From contig NC_068995.1 of NCBI RefSeq assembly GCF_001194135.2, forward strand, positions 17,103,941 to 17,167,940: 64,000 nt of DNA, read 5' to 3'. Numbering within the stretch: position 1 is the stretch's first letter; each line of letters opens with the position of its first letter. Made by a program: the position numbers and the translations under genes. Shown in pieces: positions 24,794-37,348 of the stretch. This stretch comes from Octopus bimaculoides. Taxonomy: Eukaryota. The notes beneath the pieces were generated by a model. It made no database searches and was not told the DNA's origin. It was given only the letters and a program-made list of their open reading frames with translations.

Positions 24794-24987
24794 TCGAAAT
24801 ATACCTTAGGAATGAGAACCCAGGTTCGAAATTTCCCCAAGACACCTGATGAAGGCTGGATGGTATATCAGCCGAAACGTTGTGTTAACAACAAATAAGA
24901 TGAGGACAAATATATGTAAAATGTAAATGATGTAAATAATGTAGATAATTTGCATAATTCCTCATCTCTTAGATATAGAAGTGTAAG
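24463..24987. mobile_element. Fold-back insertion: two head-to-head copies of a tRNA-headed, (AAT/AAC)n-containing SINE with a Penelope-like tail; 16 bp TSD
   Basis: The left arm 24463-24575 is the reverse complement of the right arm 24795-24950, apart from a deletion of about 35 bp and roughly 10% mismatches. The arms face (ATT)n and (AAT/AAC)n tracts. The centre is a 24 bp inverted repeat containing box B-like gttcgatt. ATGAAGATTAACAAGA occurs at 24434-24449 and 24988-25003. Confidence 0.8.
24841..24886 (+). ncRNA. Minimal type I hammerhead ribozyme (Penelope-associated type)
   Basis: GACAC-CUGAUGA-A-GGCUG(gaugguauau)CAGCC-GAAA-CGU-U-GUGUU. Stem I GACAC/GUGUU, 5 bp stem II, palindromic ACGU stem III, GUU cleavage triplet. 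Confidence 0.75.
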
Positions 24988-26229
24988 ATGAAGATTAACA
25001 AGAATTCACAAAGGAGACGTCTCACTGATGAACACCTGCAGTCCATCCTAAGAATCTCCATAACACAGTAGCTTATTCCAAACATAAACGAACTTGTTGC
25101 CAAGAAAAGATAGAAAAAACATCCAGCTCAGACAAACTGGCATAACAGGGTTGAATCCAATACTCGTGATGTTCTGGTTTAGATTTAATTCATTTTATAT
25201 ATTTTGTCTATGAAATGTTCCTTTGAAACTAGAACAGAAAAGTTCTGTAACATTAGATAATAAAACAAGTGATGTAACTTAGATGATGAACTAACTAAGT
25301 GACGAGTTAATAATTACATATATCTAAGGTTTCACTAGTACAATTAAGCAATAGATTACTCAATAAAATAGGTATAACATTGGATTATATCAGACTAATG
25401 TTAATCGCTCAACGTAGCATCTAGTGATCGTGGAATTTCTAGAAATATCTTTGCTATGTCCCGAGAGCAAATATATCTGGAGAAATCCTAAATTCAGCAA
25501 ATTAAAATTGCTTTAAATTTTCAAATTGGTAGCAAAATAACGTGGCACCTCTTCTGCAGCTGAAATCGAGGTATTTGAACCAACTACATCATCACGATGT
25601 TCGTATTTTCAGTTGCTGAAGTGCAGTGTCATTTGACAGAGTCTTCATCAAATTTGTAAATAGAAGAAATTAAATACTTGAGAAACAAGAATGATTTATA
25701 TAGTCATACACAGCTGCCTGAGATTAGCCCTAAATGATGAGTAATATATTTCGAATTTACTTCAGTTAAATAAAACCAACAACAATAACAAAAGAATAAA
25801 TGAATAAATATGATCCCAACAGCAAAACCCATCGACTGAAGAGGCTGTTTTACCAGCAGAGTTCGTGTAAAGTAATTTCCTCTAACTACATAGCCGACGC
25901 AAGAGAGAAAAATAATATATATATATATATATATCAAACCCCTGATATACAGAGCAACCCCATGTTTTTTCGTATTCCTCTTTACCTATAATTCCTATCA
26001 GTTGTTGGTATCTTATCTTTTTCAGCAGCCGACTAACACACTTTCGACAGTACACGAACACTTCTAAGAAAAGACTGGGGTGAAAGCATTAAACTTCTAT
26101 CAACAGTTCAATCAATGAACGGAAACATATTTCACATCATTTGCAAATTTACAGACGTCGTAATTTGTATACAGTGCGATCACATAATTTATAACACATA
26201 CACTCAAGAACACACACACACACACACAC

Positions 26230-26557
26230 GCACACACAAACACACGCACATACATACTTACACATACACACATCTGTATGCATGCATATGAAAATATGTA
26301 TATATAAATGCACTGCATATATTCATACAAGTATATATATATACATATATATGTATATATATATATATGTTTCTGTGTGAGTATGAACTCACATGCATAC
26401 ACATTACACACACGCACATACAAACATATATATATATATATATATATATATTTGTGTGTGGGTATGGACTCACATGCATACACATTACACACACGCACAC
26501 ACAAGCAGATATATATATATATAGAGAGAGAGAGAGAGGGACCGAGAGGGAGGGAGG

Positions 26558-26625
<68 letters not shown>
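26230..26625. repeat. Compound microsatellite with a duplicated ~80 bp unit, followed by (GA)n
   Basis: gtatg.actcacatgcatacacattacacacacgcaca occurs at about 26381 and about 26462. Confidence 0.8.
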
Positions 26626-26626
<1 letters not shown>

Positions 26627-27399
26627 GTCGCATGTGTATATCTTAAGCAGGGTTACTATTGGAAGTAAAGAATCAATAAACAACTGACCTTCTCTGTCTT
26701 TTTTATTACTGTATCCTTCTTCCTTTCACAAATGCAACCTCACACACTCATACACACACACACACACACTCGAACACACTCACACACCACACACACATAC
26801 ATATACAAACATTCACATTCACATCCACACATATACTCCCACGAATTCACGCACTCAATTGATAGTTTCCCTTCCTCTCTGCAGTCAACAGATGTCACAA
26901 AGCTGTTATATTCTAAACTTTTAATGTTTTTCACCCTATTTTGTAATTGAACATAAATTGACTTTGCTGAAATCCTCGTTTCCTACCAAGATGACCCCAT
27001 TAAAAACATTCACCCAAATCCAACCCCAAGACCCCTAAATAGATGTATTTATATACCACACACATTTTTTGCAAAATAGATTACATTTTATCGTCTAACT
27101 TCCCTTTTATTTTAAATCTTCCGCCGTCACTGGTTGTTGGTCACTCTACGCTCAACCTTTTAATTCACATAACATCCTCTCTTTCCTCCCTCTCTATTGT
27201 GAGTCTCCAAATGTACCTGTATGCGGTCAAATGATATGCTAAAAATAACTACAGATTTCCTTTAAATCGCTAGTTACCGTTTTAAAACTATAAACGTTAT
27301 ATGGCATAATATTTCCTCACATATACTAAGACCTGAAGTGTATAGATGAAACGGCTTTACCAGGGTGTGGTTCAATCGAGACTGACCTGGGGTTGAACA

Positions 27400-27890
27400 A
27401 CAAATTTCTTTATATCGCGTCTTCCTTCTATCTCCATGTCTCGCTGTTCTCATTTTTTCCTCTCTGTCTTGTCTCTTTTCTTGTATATTTTCTTCCTCCT
27501 CTCATTCTATCTTTTTCTTTCCGTGTGTCCTTTCCTTTCTTTGTTTATATTTTCATTGCTTCCTTCTTTTCTCTTGGTATATCCAGTTCTTCCTTCCCTT
27601 ATATTTCTTTCATTCTTCTTTCCTTTTCCTTTTTCTTTGACTCTTTCTTTGTTAAATTATTCATTTCTTCCTTTCATTTTCCTTTCTTTCAATCTCTCAT
27701 ACTTCTACTCTATCTCTTTATCTTCTTTCATCATATTTCTTTTTTTTCTTTCATCATATTATTTCTCGTTTCTCTTTCCCCAACATACGTATTTCTTTCT
27801 TATTTGCATCTTCCCTTCTTGCTCTCTCTCTCTTCTTCTTTCTCCTTTGTTTCCTTTTTCTCTCTGTTTTCGTTATTATATTATCTATTC
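27400..27890 (+). repeat. Pyrimidine-rich low-complexity tract (similar tracts at 2700-3110, 32050-32856 and 41030-41480)
   Basis: Mostly C/T on the + strand; gives spurious Phe/Leu/Ser ORFs such as 27393..27962. Confidence 0.85.
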
Positions 27891-28232
27891 AGGCATCTCT
27901 ATTGCAATCCGAAAATTCGACTCGTTTTCTCAATAATAGTGATGGTGATACTGCTTTTATAGACCAATAAAAAGAACCACAAATGTGATTCTTATTCGAA
28001 ATGACTGCCAACTCCCTCTGGTAGTAATAGAAGAACTGTCTATGTGTCAACGAGTGCAAACTTCATCCTGTTGTATTTGAACAATACGTATATTACAATT
28101 ATTGTGTGTATAATAACCACCAGTATAATGTTGCCAAGCATGCGCATCAAGAGGCATATATGTATGTGTGTATGTATATATATATGTATATATGATACAT
28201 ATGTATTTATATAAATATATATACACACACAT

Positions 28233-28274
<42 letters not shown>

Positions 28275-29189
28275 NNNNNNNNNNTATATCCACATATACA
28301 TATATGCACACATACATACATACATACATACATACATGCATACATACATACATACATACAAACGTACATACATACGCGCATACATTCACGAATGCAGGAG
28401 CAGGTCAGCCAGTAAAACTGTCTTGCTAGAAATAGTAGCTAAATTTTCGGTAATTCATATTTTAAATAATGACGAACACATTAGATAGTATCTGCTGATA
28501 AAGAGCCTATGGGCACCAGCATGATTGAGTGATTAAGTAGTTTAACTTCACAATTATGAGGTTCTGGGGCTCAAAGCATCTTTCGAATCTTGCACAATGA
28601 AAGCCTTGGAAAGTGTAACTAGATCGAGATATACTGTGTAGAAGCCGTAGAACTGGCTGTTGTTGTAAATCAATGAGCCATATTTGTCAGACACGATGTC
28701 ACAGGGAGATTCTTTCTGAAAGTCAGTGATCCCCAGATGCTTTTCATAATTACACGTTCATTTAACGAATACTTTGCTTAATTTATCGAACAACCTGAGT
28801 ACTTCTCTTCTAAGCGTGTACAACGCCATATGACTTATATAACTATATGTTTGAATAAAAGAAGGGATAAATGCAATGGATAGATGCAAGAAGAGGAACC
28901 AATTACATTATTATCGTTGTCGTAGTCCTTAGCAGCAACATCATCATCTTCATTATCGTTAATACTACCACCACACTACCGGTACCAGCACGTCCTTCTT
29001 TCACTACAACCGATGCCTTCGTAAAATCGACTCAAGTAATTTAAAAAATAAATTCTGTTTATTATCGTCCTTTGACAAGCCGCTATTTTACGAGAATGTC
29101 TTCAAACCAAAACCAAGTGCTAAACGATAGTAGGGAACAGACACAAACACAAAGACACGTGCAGATATAAATAGAGACACACATAAATA

Positions 29190-29251
<62 letters not shown>

Positions 29252-29392
29252 CACACACGCACACACGCACACACACACACACACAAACACACACATAGAC
29301 ACACAAATTTATATATGAGGTCATATTTATCTCCTGCTAAATAAAATGTTGAGTTAGAACACAGAACACTGCGTTTGTAACCATACGATCAC

Positions 29393-29464
29393 CTCTCGTA
29401 TGGACATGTGCACTCGTATTTATGTTGCTGACGGTGATTCTCTATTTCAACAAAATATTCACTT
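29393..29464 (-). CDS. Candidate internal exon (x-SEYFVEIENHRQQHKYECTCPYE-x)
   Basis: tttatctcccactag acceptor, AG|gtgatc donor (moderate), 72 nt, phase 2 to 2; joins exon 22180-22377 to give YECTCPYESMVNCFAYC. Confidence 0.45.
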
Positions 29465-29753
29465 CTAGTGGGAGATAAATTCCTTATCGTTTGCGTAAAA
29501 ATCCTGCTTATATATACAATATATATATATATATGTCAAATATTCTATAATTATCTTCATAATTATAATCAGGGGTCAGCTATGTACCTTGCCACGTACT
29601 AAATTTGAAATAGACGCTAATGTCTTTTCAACTACCATAAATATCTCCGAGGTAATAACATATTATTTTATATAGGCAAAAAGAAAAATGATGAGTCCAC
29701 ACAATTTCGGTTAATCACAGACGCATTTCGAAATTAAAGTAAATTATATTTAC

Positions 29754-29776
29754 CTATTATTCTCCTCAGTGTGATA
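29754..29776 (-). CDS. Candidate micro-exon (YHTEENN-x)
   Basis: ataactcgcag acceptor, AG|gtaaat donor, 23 nt, phase 0 to 2. Too short to be statistically meaningful alone. Confidence 0.25.
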
Positions 29777-30287
29777 CTGCGAGTTATAAATTTGTGAGTG
29801 TTAGGATTAAATATGAAGGCGATCAAGCGTCATCGCAAAACTAATATTCAACTATACTCCCCAAAATATACAGCTGACTGTGATATATATTTATCATTTA
29901 TACCCACGTGTGTGTTACGACCTATGCCGCAGTAAAAAACTGCAGTTTAGATCATGGAGTAAATTGTAATTTTAATAATAATATAGGGTAAAATCAATTA
30001 ATTATTTAATATTTTACCAAGTAGTCAGTATGTATGTATGTAGGCATCTATGTATGCATGCACACATACATACACATATATATACATGTATATATATATA
30101 TATATATNNNNNNNNNNNNNNNNNNNNNNNNNNNNNNNNNNNNNNNNNNNNNNNNNNNNNNNNNNNNNNNNNNNNNNNNNNNNNNNNNNNNNNNNNNNNN
30201 NNNNNNNNNNNNNNNNNNNNNNNNNNNNNNNNNNNNNNNNNNNNNNNNNNNNNNNNNNNNNNNNNNNNNNNNNNNNNNNNNNNNNNN

Positions 30288-30328
<41 letters not shown>

Positions 30329-30409
30329 CATTTAAATATGCTTACACACATATACCTATATCTATATAGATATTCATACATACACACGCACACTCACACA
30401 CACATATAA

Positions 30410-30550
30410 TCAACAGGGTTCCATACAGTTTCCGTCTAACAAATTCACTCGCAAGTCATTGGTCAGCCACAGCTCTTGTAGAAAATATTTGCCCAAGTTG
30501 CAGCGCATTTAGACTGAACGCGAACCCATGTGCTTGCAACCCATGTGGTT
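30410..30550 (-). mobile_element. SINE family 2 head fragment
   Basis: gggttccatacagtttccgtctaacaaattcactcgcaagtcattggtcagcc..tgcccaagttgcagcgc..actgaacgcgaacccatgtg. Confidence 0.7.
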
Positions 30551-33500
30551 CAACCATCTAAAGCTTAATTTTAATTCCATTTAACATTAGTTCACTTCCG
30601 ACTCCTCTTTCTTACAAACTGCTGACTTGCACCAATAACCGGGTAAGAAGTTATGTATACCCATAATATACACAAAGACATATGCTCTATTATCTTTATG
30701 GCAATAACAGTAACTCAGACAAATTCGTGATTTCAGAAAGAAGGTTTCCAGATAAATAATGAAAATAACGTACTGAGCAAATTGAATTTAATAGGAATAG
30801 ATCACTAAGAGAAATCATCAATCCTAATACACACAGACTGTATTGAATTATGCTATTTTGTCCAAAACGAGCGAAAACAAAAGAGAAAACACACCAGAGT
30901 AGAAAGAATTGCAACACACAAAAGATAACAGTCCTAGTGTATTGATAAATGAGCATCAAAAGAAAATATCTGTTTTGTCAATCTTATTAATTTGTTTATA
31001 TTAGAATACTATTCGACAGAATAAAGGTTAAGACCCAGGAATTTTTTCAAACATGTGCTTAACATTTAAAACAGTAAGAATACAATGAGTTATGAATGCA
31101 TTAAAACTTAAGTAAATTGTTTTGTGTGTATGAGAAACATATTTCAAAAATATTTTCAAAATTATTTGTAATTCTCGAAGCATCTGATCCTCAGTTCTTA
31201 TTCATTAAAAACAATTTGTCTGGAAACTATACACACACATACACACACACATACACACACACACGCACATATACATGCACCTCACACACACATACGTGCT
31301 CACAAACATACAAAATACATACATATGTTCTTTACACAATAAAAACAGACCTTTTGTATGTGTAGATACATAGAAAGGTGCACACACATATACATATAAA
31401 CACACACACATACACACACACATACACACACACCCATATATATATATATATGCATATATATGCATATATATATGCATNNNNNNNNNNNNNNNNNNNNNNN
31501 NNNNNNNNNNNNNNNNNNNNNNNNNNNNNNNNNNNNNNNNNNNNNNNNNNNNNNNNNNNNNNNNNNNNNNNNNNNNNNNNNNNNNNNNNNNNNNNNNNNN
31601 NNNNNNNNNNNNNNNNNNNNNNNNNNNNNNNNNNNNNNNNNNNNNNNNNNNNNNNNNNNNNNNNNNNNNNNNNNNNNNNNNNNNNNNNNNNNNNNNNNNN
31701 NNNNNNNNNNNNNNNNNNNNNNNNNNNNNNNNNNNNNNNNNNNNNNNNNNNNNNNNNNNNNNNNNNNNNNNNNNNNNNNNNNNNNNNNNNNNNNNNNNNN
31801 NNNNNNNNNNNNNNNNNNNNNNNNNNNNNNNNNNNNNNNCCTTTTCAAATTTTTGTTTTGCACTATCACAAGTTTTTTTAATCTAAATATGAACAAAACA
31901 TTCTTCCCTGTATTCTTCATTGTGTTTTGAAGCAAAAAGGTAAAATAATTTCCATTGAAATGGCAACAAAAGCTGCCCAAAACAACACAGACGTCCATTC
32001 TACAGTAAGCTTTCTATTGTTTTATTCACTTGGAATTCGCTTTCTATACATACACAATATATCTTCTTCCTTCCTTGTGATCGGTTTATCAACTGTTCTT
32101 TCTTTTTTCCTCACTATTTCTTTCTTTATTACTGCACATCTTTCTCTCAGTATTTCTTTCTTTCTTTCTTTCTTTTTTTCTCACTTGCTCTCTCTCTCTT
32201 TCTTTCTTTCCTTCTTTTTCTTCTTTCATATTAGCCTTCTCTCTTTTTCCAAAAATTTCTTTCTTCTGTCATTCTATCTTTCTGTTTGTTATATTAAATG
32301 ATTTACTTTCATATCATCTTCAGTTCTGTTTCCATATTATCAGCATTTCTTTCTATCGTATTTTCTTTATTTATCTATTCATTCTTTTCTTTCTTTTTCT
32401 CTTTCCTTCTAACTTTCTGTCTTTCTATCCTACTTTCCTTCTGGAGCACATCTATTTTTCTACAATTCACTAATTTTGCATTCATGTTTCCATATTTCGG
32501 TCCATCTTACATATCTCATTCTTTCTTTGTTTCTTTCTCTCCATCTTTTCGTTTTTCTTTCTTCCTTTCTGTATTTCCTTCCATTTTTTATTCTTTCTTT
32601 TTGTATTCCCTTTTCTCTTTCCTTTTCTTTCTTCCTTCCTTCCCTCCTTCCTTTATTCCTTTCTTCCTTCGTTCCTTCTTTCCTTTTCCTCTTTCTTTCT
32701 TTCTTTGTTTCTCCCTTTCTTTCATTCTTTCTTTCTGCCTTCTTTTCTTTCTTTCTTTCTGCCTTTTTTTCTTTGTTTGTTTGTTTGTTTGTTTGTTTGT
32801 TTGTTTGTTTGTTTGTTTGTTTCTTTCTTTCTTTTCTTCCTTTCTTTCTTTCTACCNNNNNNNNNNNNNNNNNNNNNNNNNNNNNNNNNNNNNNNNNNNN
32901 NNNNNNNNNNNNNNNNNNNNNNNNNNNNNNNNNNNNNNNNNNNNNNNNNNNNNNNNNNNNNNNNNNNNNNNNNNNNNNNNNNNNNNNNNNNNNNNNNNNN
33001 NNNNNNNNNNNNNNNNNNNNNNNNNNNNNNNNNNNNNNNNNNNNNNNNNNNNNNNNNNNNNNNNNNNNNNNNNNNNNNNNNNNNNNNNNNNNNNNNNNNN
33101 NNNNNNNNNNNNNNNNNNNNNNNNNNNNNNNNNNNNNNNNNNNNNNNNNNNNNNNNNNNNNNNNNNNNNNNNNNNNNNNNNNNNNNNNNNNNNNNNNNNN
33201 NNNNNNNNNNNNNNNNNNNNNNNNNNNNNNNNNNNNNNNNNNNNNNNNNNNNNNNNNNNNNNNNNNNNNNNNNNNNNNNNNNNNNNNNNNNNNNNNNNNN
33301 NNNNNNNNNNNNNNNNNNNNNNNNNNNNNNNNNNNNNNNNNNNNNNNNNNNNNNNNNNNNNNNNNNNNNNNNNNNNNNNNNNNNNNNNNNNNNNNNNNNN
33401 NNNNNNNNNNNNNNNNNNNNNNNNNNNNNNNNNNNNNNNNNNNNNNNNNNNNNNNNNNNNNNNNNNNNNNNNNNNNNNNNNNNNNNNNNNNNNNNNNNNN

Positions 33501-33924
33501 NNNNNNNNNNNNNNNNNNNNNNNNNNNNNNNNNNNNNNNNNNNNNNNNNNNNNNNNNNNNNNNNNNNNNNNNNNNNNNNNNNNNNNNNNNNNNNNNNNNN
33601 NNNNNNNNNNNNNNNNNNNNNNNNNNNNNNNNNNNNNNNNNNNNNNNNNNNNNNNNNNNNNNNNNNNNNNNNNNNNNNNNNNNNNNNNNNNNNNNNNNNN
33701 NNNNNNNNNNNNNNNNNNNNNNNNNNNNNNNNNNNNNNNNNNNNNNNNNNNNNNNNNNNNNNNNNNNNNNNNNNNNNNNNNNNNNNNATACGTATATAGA
33801 TATATATATATGTATTTATATATGTATATATATATACACGCTATATATTTATATACATGCTTATACACATATACATACATTCAACAGACTCACACAAATA
33901 CACACACACATATATATATATACT

Positions 33925-33958
<34 letters not shown>

Positions 33959-34675
33959 CGCACGCGTGTTATGTTCGTGTATATATATGTACATTGATAC
34001 AATCGTTTAGGAGATTCTGTAAAGTATGTAAATTCAATTTAAAATTGTAAACTTGAATTTAAATTACAAATTAATTTATAAGCAGAATTAGAGTGATGGC
34101 TCAATTAGTGGAATTATCGTTACCATATACATTTTAGCTGATGGATGAAAAAGGAATAATTATACTGAAGTGAACTTGTCGTAATATACTTGATTGCAGC
34201 ATCATGTCTGAGTAAATTTCGGTACATATTGAATCAAGCGTTCGGGAAATGAAAGATATAATTAACTTTGATAATCTAAAGAAATGAAATTTAAGTTTCT
34301 AATAAATGCGAAGTGATTCAAAAATTCAAGATTAAGTTTATTGATTAGCAAAGAGAAACGGTATGCTCAGAAAACTAAAGTATTATATTGGCTGTTGAGG
34401 CCATCTCGGTTAATGTTTCAAAGGGAAAATGGGGAAAAAAATTCCCCAGACGGTCATGTCTATTTCGTTCACATGCACGTAGAAGTCATATAGTGACATA
34501 GATGAAAGCGATAGATTTAAACTGTTGTGAACACAGGGAACGTTAGAAACCTGTTATGTCTTATATAAGAATCATGGTGAAAGATGCGGAGAGCAAAATA
34601 TATGTATGCATATGCACAGAGGTATGTCGAAATATTGGAACTGAATGACATACGTGTGTGTGTGTGTGTTTGTGT

Positions 34676-34706
<31 letters not shown>

Positions 34707-34714
34707 AATGTGTG

Positions 34715-34769
<55 letters not shown>

Positions 34770-35020
34770 GTATACATATAAACATATGAAACTGCGTATA
34801 AACAAACTGCAGATAAATTGTGACAAAGTCATAAGGATACGTGACACAAAAGTTGTGTATATAAGACTTGTTAGGAAAATATTTTACAAACAGATAGGAG
34901 ATATATTGAAATATTTTAAGGATCACATAAGTGAGGATAGCACGAAGCAATTTAACCTTCTAGGATTAAGAAATGTGTCAATATGGTCGTTTCGACGCTT
35001 TTCCTAGAATTTCTATTCAC

Positions 35021-35175
35021 ATTTAGGAAAATAGATGACAAAGTTGCGTTCACTTCAGTGCAATAGGCATTATTGTTTATAGTTATATGTTTCAATATAT
35101 TAGCATTTGTACATTTTAATTTGGACGAAATGTGCTGGTCTAAGCAAACTTTGCCAAGCGAGCTGCAATTGATAA
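35021..35175 (-). CDS. Candidate exon (x-INCSSLGKVCLDQHISSKLKCTNANILKHITINNNAYCTEVNATLSSIFLN); boundaries uncertain
   Basis: About 75 open codons in AT-rich unique sequence (within ORF 34952..35335), Cys-rich with NxS/T motifs. Alternative acceptors at 35175 and 35162, donors at 35054 and 35021. Confidence 0.3.
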
Positions 35176-35214
35176 CTTGATAATATATATATAAATTGAT
35201 ATATATATATATGA

Positions 35215-35272
<58 letters not shown>

Positions 35273-37235
35273 ATGTGTGTGTGTCCCAATATTTCCGATA
35301 TATGCCTTAGTGTGTTTTGGTGCCATTTCCGGCAAGTGTTTTGCTGGTGTCTCCGGAGTGTAAGTAATATTATCGATAATGCCCGAAATTTCGCTTGGCC
35401 TTCTCGCCGATAACTGAAGAGGAGTTGGTAACCTTCTGCTGTTTTCTGCTCGTCTGTGTGTTTAGTATATCTTCGTATGTTTAATTACTGCACGTTTTTA
35501 AAACTTATATAAATACATATCTATATTTTATTTGTCGATCTATTTATCTGTAATTATATTTGCATCTGTAGGTCTATTTATCTGCGTGATTATATCAATC
35601 AATCTATCTGTAGAAAAAACATATCAAAATATGCACACACACACACTCATTCAAACACACATGCACACGTACACGCACGCTCGCCCTCAAACGTACACAT
35701 ACACGCTCACACATGGACACACATAAACATTCGCATGCAAACAAACACGCATTCATACACACATACACACACATGCACACACATATAGACAAACAAGCAC
35801 ATACATAAGCACACACACATATACACACATGCACACGTACAGCCATACACATATACCCATTGCACACACATCACATACACACGCGCGTGCACGCACACAC
35901 CATATATACACCAGACAATGTTGTTTTTGATTTCTCTTGTTTAAAAATGCAGCAATTTTAATGCACACAAGTCCATATACGTGAAGATGCAGCTATATTC
36001 TATGCCTACGTATAAGCTCGTATCAATCTTTTCATATATTTCATTACTTCCATATTTATCTGAATATCTTTTGTGCATATTACATTTTGCATTTGTTATC
36101 TTTGTTGATATGTGCATACACACACACACACGCACGCACAGACACACACACACACACGCACACATATATACATACATTATACACGTATGTACACTGTATA
36201 TGTGTGTATGGGCACGCATATACATACATCTAGTAATGTAAGAGTTTTTTAGTATATTTTAAAGGACATTTTTTCACATAGGGCAAATGTTATTTGATAG
36301 TGTTCGGGTGTACGTATTATATATATATATATATATACATATTCTTCAATTTATTTAACTATTTATCTATCTATCTATGCATAATACATACATAACACAC
36401 ACAAAACCACATTTGTACAGACGTCATATAATCCGAAACTAAACTTAGAAATAAATATATTTATATTATTTCACTATCAATACACGCGCTTACCTTAAGC
36501 GGTACTTACAATCACACAACAACCATCCATCACATACACACATATACATTTAAATACATACATAGATACACACACACGTATATATANNNNNNNNNNNNNN
36601 NNNNNNNNNNNNNNNNNNNNNNNNNNNNNNNNNNNNNNNNNNNNNNNNNNNNNNNNNNNNNNNNNNNNNNNNNNNNNNNNNNNNNNNNNNNNNNNNNNNN
36701 NNNNNNNNNNNNNNNNNNNNNNNNNNNNNNNNNNNNNNNNNNNNNNNNNNNNNNNNNNNNNNNNNNNNNNNNNNNNNNNNNNNNNNNTATATATATATAT
36801 ATATATGTATGTATGTACTTACATACAATATATTACCTATGCATACATATGATGTGTGCGTGAGTATAGGTGTATGTTTAGAGCATCACAAAATTACTAC
36901 TACTCAAGCACAAAACCTAACCTCCATTTTGGTTCTCTCATGCCAACCGAATATCTGCTAGACATATAGAGACATGTCCGCATGCATTACATACATTGTA
37001 AGGCAAACTATTCTTCGTAATCTCACGTAGTTACGTTCACACTGTTGTTCCTGTCACATAGGAAGATGAATACATTTAATCCCTCTCTCATTCACACGTA
37101 CTCAGATACCCATCACATTGCAACGTCATCAACGTTCAGAAACAAGTCTATTCACAGACATAGTTTGTATTCCCTTTTCATTTCTGGCACCTCACCTTTT
37201 TGTTTTTTACTGCTAGTCATAGAAGAGTACACCAA

Positions 37236-37348
<113 letters not shown>

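Larger units (their letters stand above)
22870..25113 (+). pseudogene. hAT-superfamily transposase pseudogene, GTF2IRD2/SPIN (Buster-like) type, interrupted by an insertion at about 24.45-24.99 kb
   Basis: MAKRKVD..LICGDKMAVIKEYNLRRYYET; KSARPFTEGKSLKNCM..LNRNTITDR; YSLPVDESNHMTDTAQLAFFI; HAIIHQ-like and WWLNRGKVL segments; NVLNLQLQ..MHDAVKKFQVKLRLW; FGSTYLCEQLFSFMKINK|NSQRRRLTDEHLQSILRIS. Multiple frameshifts and stops; element ends not resolved. Confidence 0.9.

Noticed and set aside
25986-26063. Minus-strand exon candidate VFVYCRKCVSRLLKKIRYQQLIGII (also 21510-21613 and 20348-20378)
   Set aside because: Their phases are incompatible with the flanking 2-2 exons, and equally good candidates overlap on the other strand.
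28047-28160. Protein-like minus frame DAHAWQHYTGGYYTHNNCNIRIVQIQQDE
   Set aside because: There is no AG acceptor between the upstream microsatellite and this frame, and no ATG context; treated as chance.
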